NCBI GenBank assembly: GCA_037146775.1 | Contig: JBAWWL010000006.1 | Coordinates: 79,120-143,119, forward strand | Length of the DNA stretch: 64,000 bases | Direction of reading: 5' to 3' | Origin: Candidatus Omnitrophota bacterium | GTDB taxonomy: Bacteria > Omnitrophota > Gorgyraeia > Duberdicusellales > 4484-171 | Shown: positions 38,892-47,390 of the stretch, in pieces | Layout of the letters: each line of letters begins with the position of its first letter | Position numbering within the stretch: the stretch's first letter is position 1 | Position numbers and translations under genes: made by a program | The notes under the pieces: model-generated | What the model saw: the letters and a program-made list of their open reading frames with translations, nothing else | The model's database searches: none | What the model was told of the DNA's origin: nothing

Positions 38892-39956
38892 CTAAAGCCA
38901 TTCTGTAAGTTCAATGATCGCTTTCTTAATAATACCATACACCTTCTGGTATACTTCAAAGTTTTCGCCGATCGGATCGGGTATGTCGTGTTCAAGTTGA
39001 GCCGGTAAAAATTTCTTTAAACCGAAGACCCTGCCCTCGACGGTAGGCTCAAGCCGTAAAATATAATCGGTATGGCTATCTTCCATCGTAAAAATAAAAT
39101 CGGAAGAAAGAATGATCCTGCGGTCTATCCGCCGCGACGAGAAATTGTCTATACGCATCTCTTCCTGTTCAAGCAATATGTCCTCAACCGCCGAAGAAAG
39201 ACGTAACCCTCCGACAGTAGAAGTACCGCGCGAAATAATTTCGTGCCTTCCCTGTAAGTACGGTTTAGCCCGATCCAAATATTTCTCCAAGAGAAACTGC
39301 GCCATGGGAGAACGACAGGAATTGCCCGTACAAACAAAAAGAATTCTTTTTTTGATAAACGTCTCGATAATCTGGCGTTCCGCAACCACCCCTTCCCGCA
39401 CTACCTTAAAAGGAGAATAGGTAAGGTCGACTATGGTTGATGATTTCTTATATAAAGACTCGCCGCCATCCACAAGCAAATCAATCTTGTTGCCGAAAAC
39501 CGCTTCGACCTCAGGAGCGGATACCGATTCCTTGGCTCCGTTTATATTCGCCGAAGGCAGATAGACTCCTCCTTTGAGTTGGCGCAAAATCTCCCTAATC
39601 ACAGGATGTGCCGGAACCCGTACGCCGACCTTCTCGCCTTGCGGCGAGTAGTAAATAATAGTGAGCGGCCCCGGCCAAAACTTCTCTATCAAACGATAAC
39701 CAAAAGGAGGCAAGGTAATAAAGTAGCCCTGCGATGCCTTCTCGGAATCGCCGACCGCAATAGTAAACGGCTGACCCGAAGGCCTTTGTTTGAGTGTATA
39801 CAACCGCTCGACAGCGCTCTTCTGCTCGGGCAATGCAGCTAAACCGTACACCGTTTCAGTAGGCAGCCCCGCTATACCACCCCCCAAAATAGCCTCAACC
39901 GCAATCTTCACGAAAGATGGATCAATATCTTCGGGATGGATATGAATTTTTTTCAT
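38892..39956 (-). CDS. Threonylcarbamoyl-AMP synthase (TsaC/Sua5) fused to an LMW protein Tyr/Arg phosphatase
   Basis: PTETVYGL, WPGPLT and SAN; C-terminal CTGNSCRS and DIPDPIG. Confidence 0.9.
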   Translation of the reverse strand: MKKIHIHPEDIDPSFVKIAVEAILGGGIAGLPTETVYGLAALPEQKSAVERLYTLKQRPSGQPFTIAVGDSEKASQGYFITLPPFGYRLIEKFWPGPLTIIYYSPQGEKVGVRVPAHPVIREILRQLKGGVYLPSANINGAKESVSAPEVEAVFGNKIDLLVDGGESLYKKSSTIVDLTYSPFKVVREGVVAERQIIETFIKKRILFVCTGNSCRSPMAQFLLEKYLDRAKPYLQGRHEIISRGTSTVGGLRLSSAVEDILLEQEEMRIDNFSSRRIDRRIILSSDFIFTMEDSHTDYILRLEPTVEGRVFGLKKFLPAQLEHDIPDPIGENFEVYQKVYGIIKKAIIELTEWL

Positions 39957-40429
39957 TGCTGAAATTTTTTCTTAATCAGAACTAAAGCGCGGCCATATGC
40001 TTTGTCTTTTAGTGCCAGGATTTCCAACGCAAAAATGATCGCATTAATAAAAGCACTTTTGCCGACACCGGAAGAAACCAAGCCTAAACCCTTAGGAATA
40101 CTGACCATAGAAAAAAGAGCGTCCAAGCCATCGAGCATACCACCTTTAAGGGCAACACCGATAACAGGAATATGTACATAAGAAGCAATAAAGCCGGGCA
40201 GAGCCGCAGCCATGCCGGCGCAGGCGATAACCACCTCAACACCGTCTTTTTCTAAAGTTTTACAAAAAGCCCGCAAGGTATCGGGGTTACGGTGCGCTGA
40301 GATAATTTGTAAAACATACGGTATGCGAGCCTGGGAGAGAAGCTCAAAACCAGCCTGCAACTCTTCCTTATCGCTTTTACTTCCCAGCACAATCGCTATC
40401 TTCTCTTTCATAAGATCCTCCTTCATCAA
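39953..40429 (-). CDS. purE: AIR carboxylase/N5-CAIR mutase
   Basis: GSKSD, SAHR.P, LPG, PVIGV and GLDAL motifs. Confidence 0.9.
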   Translation of the reverse strand: MMKEDLMKEKIAIVLGSKSDKEELQAGFELLSQARIPYVLQIISAHRNPDTLRAFCKTLEKDGVEVVIACAGMAAALPGFIASYVHIPVIGVALKGGMLDGLDALFSMVSIPKGLGLVSSGVGKSAFINAIIFALEILALKDKAYGRALVLIKKKFQQ

Positions 40430-40433
40430 AGCG

Positions 40434-41516
40434 TTATCTTTCTTTTACGGCCGAAACTTCATTACGTTCGTTGTATTGTATATCGTAAATTTTTTCCTTT
40501 GATGGTGTTTTTGATGATGTTTTTATAGGCTCCTTTAGTGCCGCACATTGACGGCCGGCATTTTGGCCTGCACGCTCCAGCGCCAGGATAAAGGCATCAT
40601 TCGTTATTTGATTATACCACTTTCCGGCGGGAGAATTCCAAAACACGATATACTGCCTTAATTCATCGTCAGAGAGCGATTGATAGGTATAAAGAAAAGA
40701 AATCGAAATAATATTGCGTTCGTTTAAAAGCAACCTTAGCTGCGTTTTCATCATGTCTACTGTCTTCTCCAGCTCCCCGGCCGCAAAACGTTTATCTTCG
40801 GGTAAAATCGGATCTATCGCCTGGGCAATACTTTTAAAAAGCGCTGTCGTCATCACCACCTGCGTATCGCTTGCCGCTACCGCCTTATCGAGCTCTTTAA
40901 TCAAAGCCAGGCGTTCAGGCGAAGGCGGATGCGACGGTAGCGTGTCGGCAAATTTTTGTATCTCAGTTACCGGCACCGAACCCGCAACTTTCTCGTCCAA
41001 TGCACTAACCTTTTTTGCCAGCGGCGAGGCCAAAAAATCGCTCACTCCAATAGCGTGTGCCTGGTCAAAATGATTCTGAAAATACTCGGTAACAATCTGG
41101 TAGAGCACATCCGGACGATATGCATCAACGACAATCTTACTGCCTGCTTCGTAACGTTCGGGATCTATCTGCTCTTTATGCTGGCTATATTCATCACAGA
41201 CACGGAGCGATAACTGCTTTAGCTGCTCCTGCGTCCCGGCAACCGCGAGCAAACGCTCAAGCTGCGCGGTTTTATATAATGCTTTGGCCTTATTGTCGTC
41301 GGCAGAAGCCTCTTTAGAAGAAGGGTCGATACGAGCGATCTCGTCGTTATAAAATTTTAACTCCACCCCGTTAAATTCCACCGTAATATGGCTGTCAGAC
41401 CGTTCAACGATCAATCCTTCGATTTGTTTACCGTTTTTTAAAAAAATAGTGTCAGCATAAAGAGGTAATCCCATAAAAGAAAAAATTATAGCCAGAACAT
41501 ATATTTTAATTTTCAT
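40434..41516 (-). CDS. Secreted hypothetical protein (DUF2059-like C-terminal part)
   Basis: Signal peptide, ADTIFLKNGKQIEG N-domain, Y..LSDDEL..Y..F..SPAGK motif. Confidence 0.75.
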   Translation of the reverse strand: MKIKIYVLAIIFSFMGLPLYADTIFLKNGKQIEGLIVERSDSHITVEFNGVELKFYNDEIARIDPSSKEASADDNKAKALYKTAQLERLLAVAGTQEQLKQLSLRVCDEYSQHKEQIDPERYEAGSKIVVDAYRPDVLYQIVTEYFQNHFDQAHAIGVSDFLASPLAKKVSALDEKVAGSVPVTEIQKFADTLPSHPPSPERLALIKELDKAVAASDTQVVMTTALFKSIAQAIDPILPEDKRFAAGELEKTVDMMKTQLRLLLNERNIISISFLYTYQSLSDDELRQYIVFWNSPAGKWYNQITNDAFILALERAGQNAGRQCAALKEPIKTSSKTPSKEKIYDIQYNERNEVSAVKER

Positions 41517-41619
41517 ACGGCTGTTCGTTTTACCTGCTCTGTTATCCCGCCATGCACTATTCTTCGAAATTAAACTGTAGCTCGATAGTAAGGATTTATT
41601 TTACTCGTTCGGTCAAAAA

Positions 41620-42915
41620 TTACAACGCTTTCTTTCCGATATCCCGGCGATACTGCATCCCATCAAAACTAATTTCCTCAACTGCCCGGTAGGTCTTGGT
41701 AATAGCTTCGCTGATAGTCCCGCCTAAACCGGTAACACCCAAAACCCTTCCTCCGCTGGTGAGACATGTCTCCCGGGCAAGCGTGTGGTCGGTTTTGCGT
41801 TTTGTCCCTGCATGAAAAATAATGATATCTTCCATCTGCGCTGCCTGTTCCAACCCAAAAATTTCCTTGTCTTTCTCATACTCACCAGGATAGCCCTTCG
41901 AAGCACAGACAACACACACGCAGGCACGTTTATCCCATCGCAGATTTCCAAACGAGGAAAACTTGACTAACTTACCCGCGGCGGTTGCCAACATAACCTC
42001 TAAAAGATCGGACTCCAGACGGGGTAAAATAGCTTGTGTCTCCGGGTCGCCAAAACGAACATTAAACTCCAAGGCTTTTGGGCCTTCCTTGGTTAACATA
42101 ACACCGGCGTAGAGGACACCTTGATACATAATACCTTGTTTAGCTAAACCATCAATTGTACGATAGATAATTTTTTCTAAAATCTCGCTGAATACTTCTG
42201 GCGTCACTATTGGCGCGGGAGAATATGCGCCCATGCCACCGGTGTTGGGTCCGGTATCACCGTCAAAAATTCGTTTATGATCCTGGCTGGATACCAACGG
42301 CACTACGGTCTTGGAGTCAGTAAAAACAAGGATGGACGCTTCCTGGCCCTCCAAACATTCTTCAATAATAACTCTGTTGCCTGCATCGCCGAAGATCCTT
42401 TCCTCCATCATCACACGCACAGCCTCTTTGGCTTCATCCACAGAAGCTGCCACCACCACACCTTTGCCGGCGGCTAAACCATCCGCCTTTACCACGCATC
42501 GGCCGCCGATAGCTTCTATGTATTTTTTTGCGCTTAGAGGGTTATCAAAAACTTTAAAATCGGCGGTAGGAACACCACAGGTAGCCATCAGTTTCTTCGC
42601 GAATACTTTGCTGGCTTCAAGCTGCGCGGCATGTTTGCTGGGGCCGAATAACTTCAAGCCATAACGCGTAAATTCATCGGCGATGCCCGCAACAAGCGGC
42701 GCTTCCGGCCCCACTACGGTAAGATCTATTTTCTCTTTACGAACAAAGTCCGCCAATCGCTCAATATCATCACCTTTTATCTCAAGGCTCTGCGACAGTT
42801 CGGCTGTTCCACCGTTTCCCGGAGCACAAAAAATCTTATCTACCAGCTTGGACTGACTAATCTTCCATACCAAGGCATGCTCCCTGGCACCGGAACCAAT
42901 GACTAAAACCCTCAT
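41620..42915 (-). CDS. purD: Phosphoribosylamine--glycine ligase
   Basis: GSGAREHAL, KADGLAAGKGV, QDHKR, GPNTGGMG and RFGDPE motifs. Confidence 0.98.
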   Translation of the reverse strand: MRVLVIGSGAREHALVWKISQSKLVDKIFCAPGNGGTAELSQSLEIKGDDIERLADFVRKEKIDLTVVGPEAPLVAGIADEFTRYGLKLFGPSKHAAQLEASKVFAKKLMATCGVPTADFKVFDNPLSAKKYIEAIGGRCVVKADGLAAGKGVVVAASVDEAKEAVRVMMEERIFGDAGNRVIIEECLEGQEASILVFTDSKTVVPLVSSQDHKRIFDGDTGPNTGGMGAYSPAPIVTPEVFSEILEKIIYRTIDGLAKQGIMYQGVLYAGVMLTKEGPKALEFNVRFGDPETQAILPRLESDLLEVMLATAAGKLVKFSSFGNLRWDKRACVCVVCASKGYPGEYEKDKEIFGLEQAAQMEDIIIFHAGTKRKTDHTLARETCLTSGGRVLGVTGLGGTISEAITKTYRAVEEISFDGMQYRRDIGKKAL

Positions 42916-42929
42916 AACAAGTTTTCTTA

Positions 42930-43116
42930 AAATCCTAAACCCTAAATCCTAAACTCTAATGGTTCGACTACGCTCACCATTAGTCCTCAAGCGAAGTCGA
43001 AAGACTAAACCCTAAATAAACTCAAAATTCAAATTATCAAAACTCAAAACCGTTTTGACCTTTGAGTTCAGAGTTTTGGATTTGTTTAGGGTTTATAGTT
43101 TAGTGTTTAGAGTTTA
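42930..43116. repeat. Large intergenic heptamer inverted repeat with a nested palindromic insert
   Basis: Left arm of AAAYYCT-like units, centre ~43050, right arm of AGGGTTT/AGAGTTT units; ~45-bp insert at ~42960-43004. Confidence 0.8.
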
Positions 43117-43156
43117 CCAATACTATTCCCTTATTTTATTTTTTCTCACCACTGGC

Positions 43157-44011
43157 TTATTTCTTTAAAGGCAACACTCCAGCCATCTCACCAATCACAT
43201 TAACCAAATCACTGTCAGAAGGAACAACAATCTTGGCATTATTTGCAAGCGCTTTTTCTACCATTTCAAGCCGGCGTAAGAGCTGGGCATTGCCCACAAA
43301 ATATTTCTCTGCCGCTTCATTAACTAACTGGATCGCCTCAGCTTCGCCCTGCGCCTGTAAGATCCTTGCCTGTTTTATGCCTTCTGCCTTCTTAATCTCG
43401 GCACGTTTTTGTCCATCAGCGGCAGTCTCGGTAGCAGTAGCAAAATCTACCGCTGCGATTTTTTCGTTTTCCGCCTTTACTACTTTGTTCATCGTCTCCT
43501 GCACGTCTTTAGGCGGATCTATCTCTTTCAATTCCGTTCTGACAATTTCTAGTCCCCAGCTCTGCGTTTCATCACAAAGAGTTTTGTGTAGCTCAGCGTT
43601 AATTTTTCCCCTCTCACTGTTGGCGGATTTTAAGGTAAGGGTACCGATAATATTCCTCAAGGTAGTCCTGGCTAAATTTACTATCTGCCACTGATAATTA
43701 TTTACGTTATATTGCGAGCTCTTAACGCTCTCCTCGTCCGCTTTTACCTTGAAATAAACCTGCGCATCGACTCTGGCATTTAAATTATCGTTGGTAATAA
43801 TCTCTTGCGGTTCAGCATCCACCATCTGTTCGGTCACGTTCACCGGATAAATATGTTCGATAAGAGGGATTATCCAGTTAAATCCCGGTATAGCAAAACG
43901 ATTATACTTACCCAGCCTCTCAATCAAACCTCTGTGGGTAGGCCTGACGATCCTTATACCTAAAAAAAATATTACCAGTGCAACAAGCACAACTAACTTC
44001 ACCATACCCAT
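43157..44011 (-). CDS. SPFH/band 7 (stomatin-like) protein
   Basis: N-terminal TM, ERLGKY, QEIITNDN and AEG...A.GEAEAI. Confidence 0.92.
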   Translation of the reverse strand: MGMVKLVVLVALVIFFLGIRIVRPTHRGLIERLGKYNRFAIPGFNWIIPLIEHIYPVNVTEQMVDAEPQEIITNDNLNARVDAQVYFKVKADEESVKSSQYNVNNYQWQIVNLARTTLRNIIGTLTLKSANSERGKINAELHKTLCDETQSWGLEIVRTELKEIDPPKDVQETMNKVVKAENEKIAAVDFATATETAADGQKRAEIKKAEGIKQARILQAQGEAEAIQLVNEAAEKYFVGNAQLLRRLEMVEKALANNAKIVVPSDSDLVNVIGEMAGVLPLKK

Positions 44012-44032
44012 CTTACACCTCCTTACACCTGT

Positions 44033-45043
44033 TTACCCTAATAGTATCTGTTTATCGCTTTTGATAATTTCTCCGATAAGCCACGATTTCAGTCCTAAAT
44101 GAGATAATTGCAAAACTATTTTCTTGGCGATTGCCGGATTAACAACCAAAACCATACCTATGCCCATATTAAAAACAGTATATAATTCTTTCTCTTCGAT
44201 AGAGCCATTTTCCTGGATAATTTTAAAGATTCTCGGCACTTCCCAACTATTCCTGTCAATCGCCATTGCTAAACCCTGCGGCAGAATCTTGGTTGCTTTT
44301 TTGTAAAATGCTCCTCCGGTAATATGCGCCATCGCCTTTATTGCGGTGGGCTTGGAACTTAAAGAATGTAAAAGCGATAGTATTGGTTTCACGTAAATAC
44401 GTGTAGGCTTAAGTAATTCTTTCGCATAGGTAACGATACCTTTTTCACCCAAAACTTTTCTGGCGAGAGAAAAACCGTTAGAATGTAGCCCATTCGATTC
44501 TAGGCCGATGACCGCGTCGCCTCTTTTAATACAGGCCCCGTTGATCATTTTGTCTTTATCTGCAATACCGACGCAGAAACCTGCTAAATCATATTCATCT
44601 TCTTTATACATCCCCGGCATTTCGGCTGTTTCGCCGCCAATCAACGAACAATTCGACTCAACCAGTCCCCGGTGGATACCGGAAACTACCAACTTAAGAA
44701 TATCCGGTTTTACTTTGCCGCACGCAATGTAATCCAAAAAGAATAGAGGCCTGGCGCCTAAACAAATTACATCGTTAACATTCATCGCGACTAAATCTAT
44801 ACCTACCGTATTGTGGATTCCTACCTCTTGCGCAATTTTCAGTTTTGTGCCCACGCCATCGGTAGAAGAAACTAAAACCGGGTTTTTATAATCCTTGAGA
44901 AACGGCCCAAGGTCAAAAGGGCAACCAAAAGCCGCTATCTTGCTTAATGCATCGGTATACAAAAAGCTTTTGATACCTTTAACAAAATCATCTGCTTTTT
45001 TAATATCTACTCCTGATTTTTTATACGTCAGCGCCATTACCAT
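44033..45043 (-). CDS. purM: AIR synthetase
   Basis: YKKSGVD, DGVGTK, GGETAEMPG, HSNGFS and HITGG motifs. Confidence 0.98.
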   Translation of the reverse strand: MVMALTYKKSGVDIKKADDFVKGIKSFLYTDALSKIAAFGCPFDLGPFLKDYKNPVLVSSTDGVGTKLKIAQEVGIHNTVGIDLVAMNVNDVICLGARPLFFLDYIACGKVKPDILKLVVSGIHRGLVESNCSLIGGETAEMPGMYKEDEYDLAGFCVGIADKDKMINGACIKRGDAVIGLESNGLHSNGFSLARKVLGEKGIVTYAKELLKPTRIYVKPILSLLHSLSSKPTAIKAMAHITGGAFYKKATKILPQGLAMAIDRNSWEVPRIFKIIQENGSIEEKELYTVFNMGIGMVLVVNPAIAKKIVLQLSHLGLKSWLIGEIIKSDKQILLG

Positions 45044-45058
45044 CTCCTAATATAATCT

Positions 45059-45172
45059 TCAGGTATAATTTATTAAGATTATACCTGATTACACTGATTT
45101 AAAATCGATTACACAGATTAAGAGTTTCTAAATGAAATGTGTGGGATTCTCTCTAAAATAATCTGTGTAATC
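45059..45172. repeat. GATTACAC-type short direct and inverted repeat element
   Basis: TCAGGTATAAT/ATTATACCTGA inverted pair; GATTACACTGATT; perfect 14-bp inverted pair GATTACACAGATTA (45107-20)/TAATCTGTGTAATC (45159-72). Confidence 0.75.
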
Positions 45173-45208
45173 TTCCCCTGATCTTCTTAAATTGCGGCAT
45201 CCTAATCT

Positions 45209-46612
45209 TTATGTGATACCTTTTTCCAAAACATACTTGCCTTCATGAGCAAGCCCGACAGGATAATTCCCTGACCAACAAGCCGTACAATAGTGATTTT
45301 TTGGATTTTTGAAACAACCGAGCATTCCCTCCAAGCTTAGATAACCCAGGCTGTCCACGCCCAAATACTTCTCTATTTCCTTTACGTTCTTATCGTAAGC
45401 TATTAACTTGTGCGAATCGGGAAAATCTATACCATAAAAACATCCGAATTTATGCGCGGGGCATGATATACGCAAATGCACTTCTTTTGCCCCCATATCA
45501 CGAAAACTTTTTACACGTATCCGCGAAGTAGTCCCGCGCACGATAGAATCATCGACGATAATAACTTTTTTCCCTTTCACTACCTGTTTAAGTATATTAA
45601 ACTTTAAACGTACGCCAAATTCTCTTTTTTCCTGCTGCGGCTGAATAAACGTCCTCCCGATATAATGGTTTCTTATGATGCCAACTTCAAGAGGAATGCC
45701 TGATTCTTTGGAAAAACCTAGGGCTGCCGAGGTTCCTGAGTCAGGAACACCGACAATTATATCTGCCTTAACCGGATGCTCTCTTGCAAGCTGACGGCCT
45801 AGCTTCTCTCTGACTAAATGCACGGTTTCGCCAAAAATGATTGAATCCGGCCTGGCAAAATATACGTGCTCAAAAGCGCAAAAACCGTGTTTAGCCTGTT
45901 TTGATGCGTACATATAAGAAGTAATGCCTTTTTTATCTATCACCGCAATTTCACCGGGTTCAATTTCCCTTAAGAAACTTGCACTCACTAAATCTAAAGC
46001 ACAGCTTTCCGAAGAAATAAATAAAGCGCCGTCCCTGCGGCCTATGCATAAAGGCCGGATCCCCAAAGGATCTCTTATACCAATAATATTGTCTTTAGTC
46101 ATGAGTAAAAGCGAAAACGCGCCTTTGATCTTCTTTAAAGCATCGATGATTTTTTCTTCAAGCGATTTCTTTTTCGAATGCATAATAAGATGCAAAATAA
46201 GCTCTGAATCCGATGTCGTTTGAAAAATGGCACCTTTGTTCTCTAAATACTGACGTAAATCTTTGGAGTTAATTAAATTTCCGTTATGTGCAAGCGAAAG
46301 CGGCAATTTGCTCGAATCAGCAAAGAGCGGCTGAGCATTGCGCAGAGCGCTAGAGCCGGTAGTCGAATATCTTACGTGCCCTATGGCCTGCGAGCCTTTT
46401 AACTTACCGAGCTCACTTTCCGGAAAAACATCGCTCACCAAACCCATGCCCAGATGCGCATTAAAAGTTGAGCCGTCAAAAGAAATAATACCGCACGATT
46501 CCTCGCCTCTATGCTGTAGAGAATAAAGCCCGAGAAAAGTAAGCAGGCTGGCTTCTTTATTATTATAAACGCCGAATAATCCGCAATACTCTTTTAACCG
46601 TTTTATTTTCAT
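45209..46612 (-). CDS. purF: Amidophosphoribosyltransferase
   Basis: Propeptide then CGLFG; QHRG, GHVRYSTTG and DDSIVRGTT motifs. Confidence 0.98.
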   Translation of the reverse strand: MKIKRLKEYCGLFGVYNNKEASLLTFLGLYSLQHRGEESCGIISFDGSTFNAHLGMGLVSDVFPESELGKLKGSQAIGHVRYSTTGSSALRNAQPLFADSSKLPLSLAHNGNLINSKDLRQYLENKGAIFQTTSDSELILHLIMHSKKKSLEEKIIDALKKIKGAFSLLLMTKDNIIGIRDPLGIRPLCIGRRDGALFISSESCALDLVSASFLREIEPGEIAVIDKKGITSYMYASKQAKHGFCAFEHVYFARPDSIIFGETVHLVREKLGRQLAREHPVKADIIVGVPDSGTSAALGFSKESGIPLEVGIIRNHYIGRTFIQPQQEKREFGVRLKFNILKQVVKGKKVIIVDDSIVRGTTSRIRVKSFRDMGAKEVHLRISCPAHKFGCFYGIDFPDSHKLIAYDKNVKEIEKYLGVDSLGYLSLEGMLGCFKNPKNHYCTACWSGNYPVGLAHEGKYVLEKGIT

Positions 46613-47376
46613 AAAAAGTATTTTACGCCATTTTCAAAAATCTTTAGGCCAAAAGGATAAAGTTTCTTTTTTTTCCAATAAGGCCACTGGTGTTCAAAAA
46701 TAAACCTTTCCGGATGAGGCATAAGACCAAAAACTCTTCCGGTTTTATCGACGATACCCGCAATGCTACGCAAAGAACCATTGGGATTGAAAGGATAACC
46801 CGCAGCATCACCGCCTTTATCGACATAGCGCAAAGCAACCTGGTTATTTTGCTCTATGGCATCCAGAACGGCCTTTTCTGCATAGAATTTCCCTTCACCA
46901 TGCGCCACCGGAAAATTTATAATCTCCGGGAAATCTTTTAGCCATATATTTTTTACCTTTGACTTTGGACTTTTGACTTCTAAATATGTCCACCTATCCT
47001 CAAATCTTCCGGAATCATTACCAGTCAAAGTAACTTTCTGCTGAAAATCCAAGTCCGGTAATATGCCGGTTTTTACTAACGCCTGGAAACCATTGCATAT
47101 TCCTATCATCAAACCGCCTCTCTCGATAAACTCCCCCAGCTCCTTTTTAAACCATAAAAGTAATTCTAAAGATAAAATCTTACCCGCACCCAAATCATCG
47201 CCATAGCTAAAGCCTCCCGGAATAGCAATGATCTGATAATCGCAAAGCCTTGCGTTTTCTTTTATGTGATTGATATGATACAGATATGTTTGAGCGCCGG
47301 CCAAAGCAAAAGCAAATTCTGTTTCCTTATCGCAATTTGTCCCGGCAGTCCTTAAAATTAATACTTTTGGCTTCAT
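46609..47376 (-). CDS. purQ: FGAM synthase glutaminase subunit
   Basis: GTNC, GGFSYGD, GICNGFQ, HGEG and MPHPER motifs. Confidence 0.97.
   Translation of the reverse strand: MKPKVLILRTAGTNCDKETEFAFALAGAQTYLYHINHIKENARLCDYQIIAIPGGFSYGDDLGAGKILSLELLLWFKKELGEFIERGGLMIGICNGFQALVKTGILPDLDFQQKVTLTGNDSGRFEDRWTYLEVKSPKSKVKNIWLKDFPEIINFPVAHGEGKFYAEKAVLDAIEQNNQVALRYVDKGGDAAGYPFNPNGSLRSIAGIVDKTGRVFGLMPHPERFIFEHQWPYWKKKKLYPFGLKIFENGVKYFL
46950..46980. repeat. Degenerate heptamer run inside purQ
   Basis: TTTTTAC CTTTGAC TTTGGAC TTTTGAC, encoding VKSPKSKVK. Confidence 0.55.
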
Positions 47377-47390
47377 ATTTATAATACGAA

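Noticed and set aside
42930-43116. AAACCCT/AGGGTTT as plant telomere repeat or contamination
   Set aside because: Units are degenerate, arranged as inverted arms and embedded between intact bacterial genes; the match is coincidental.
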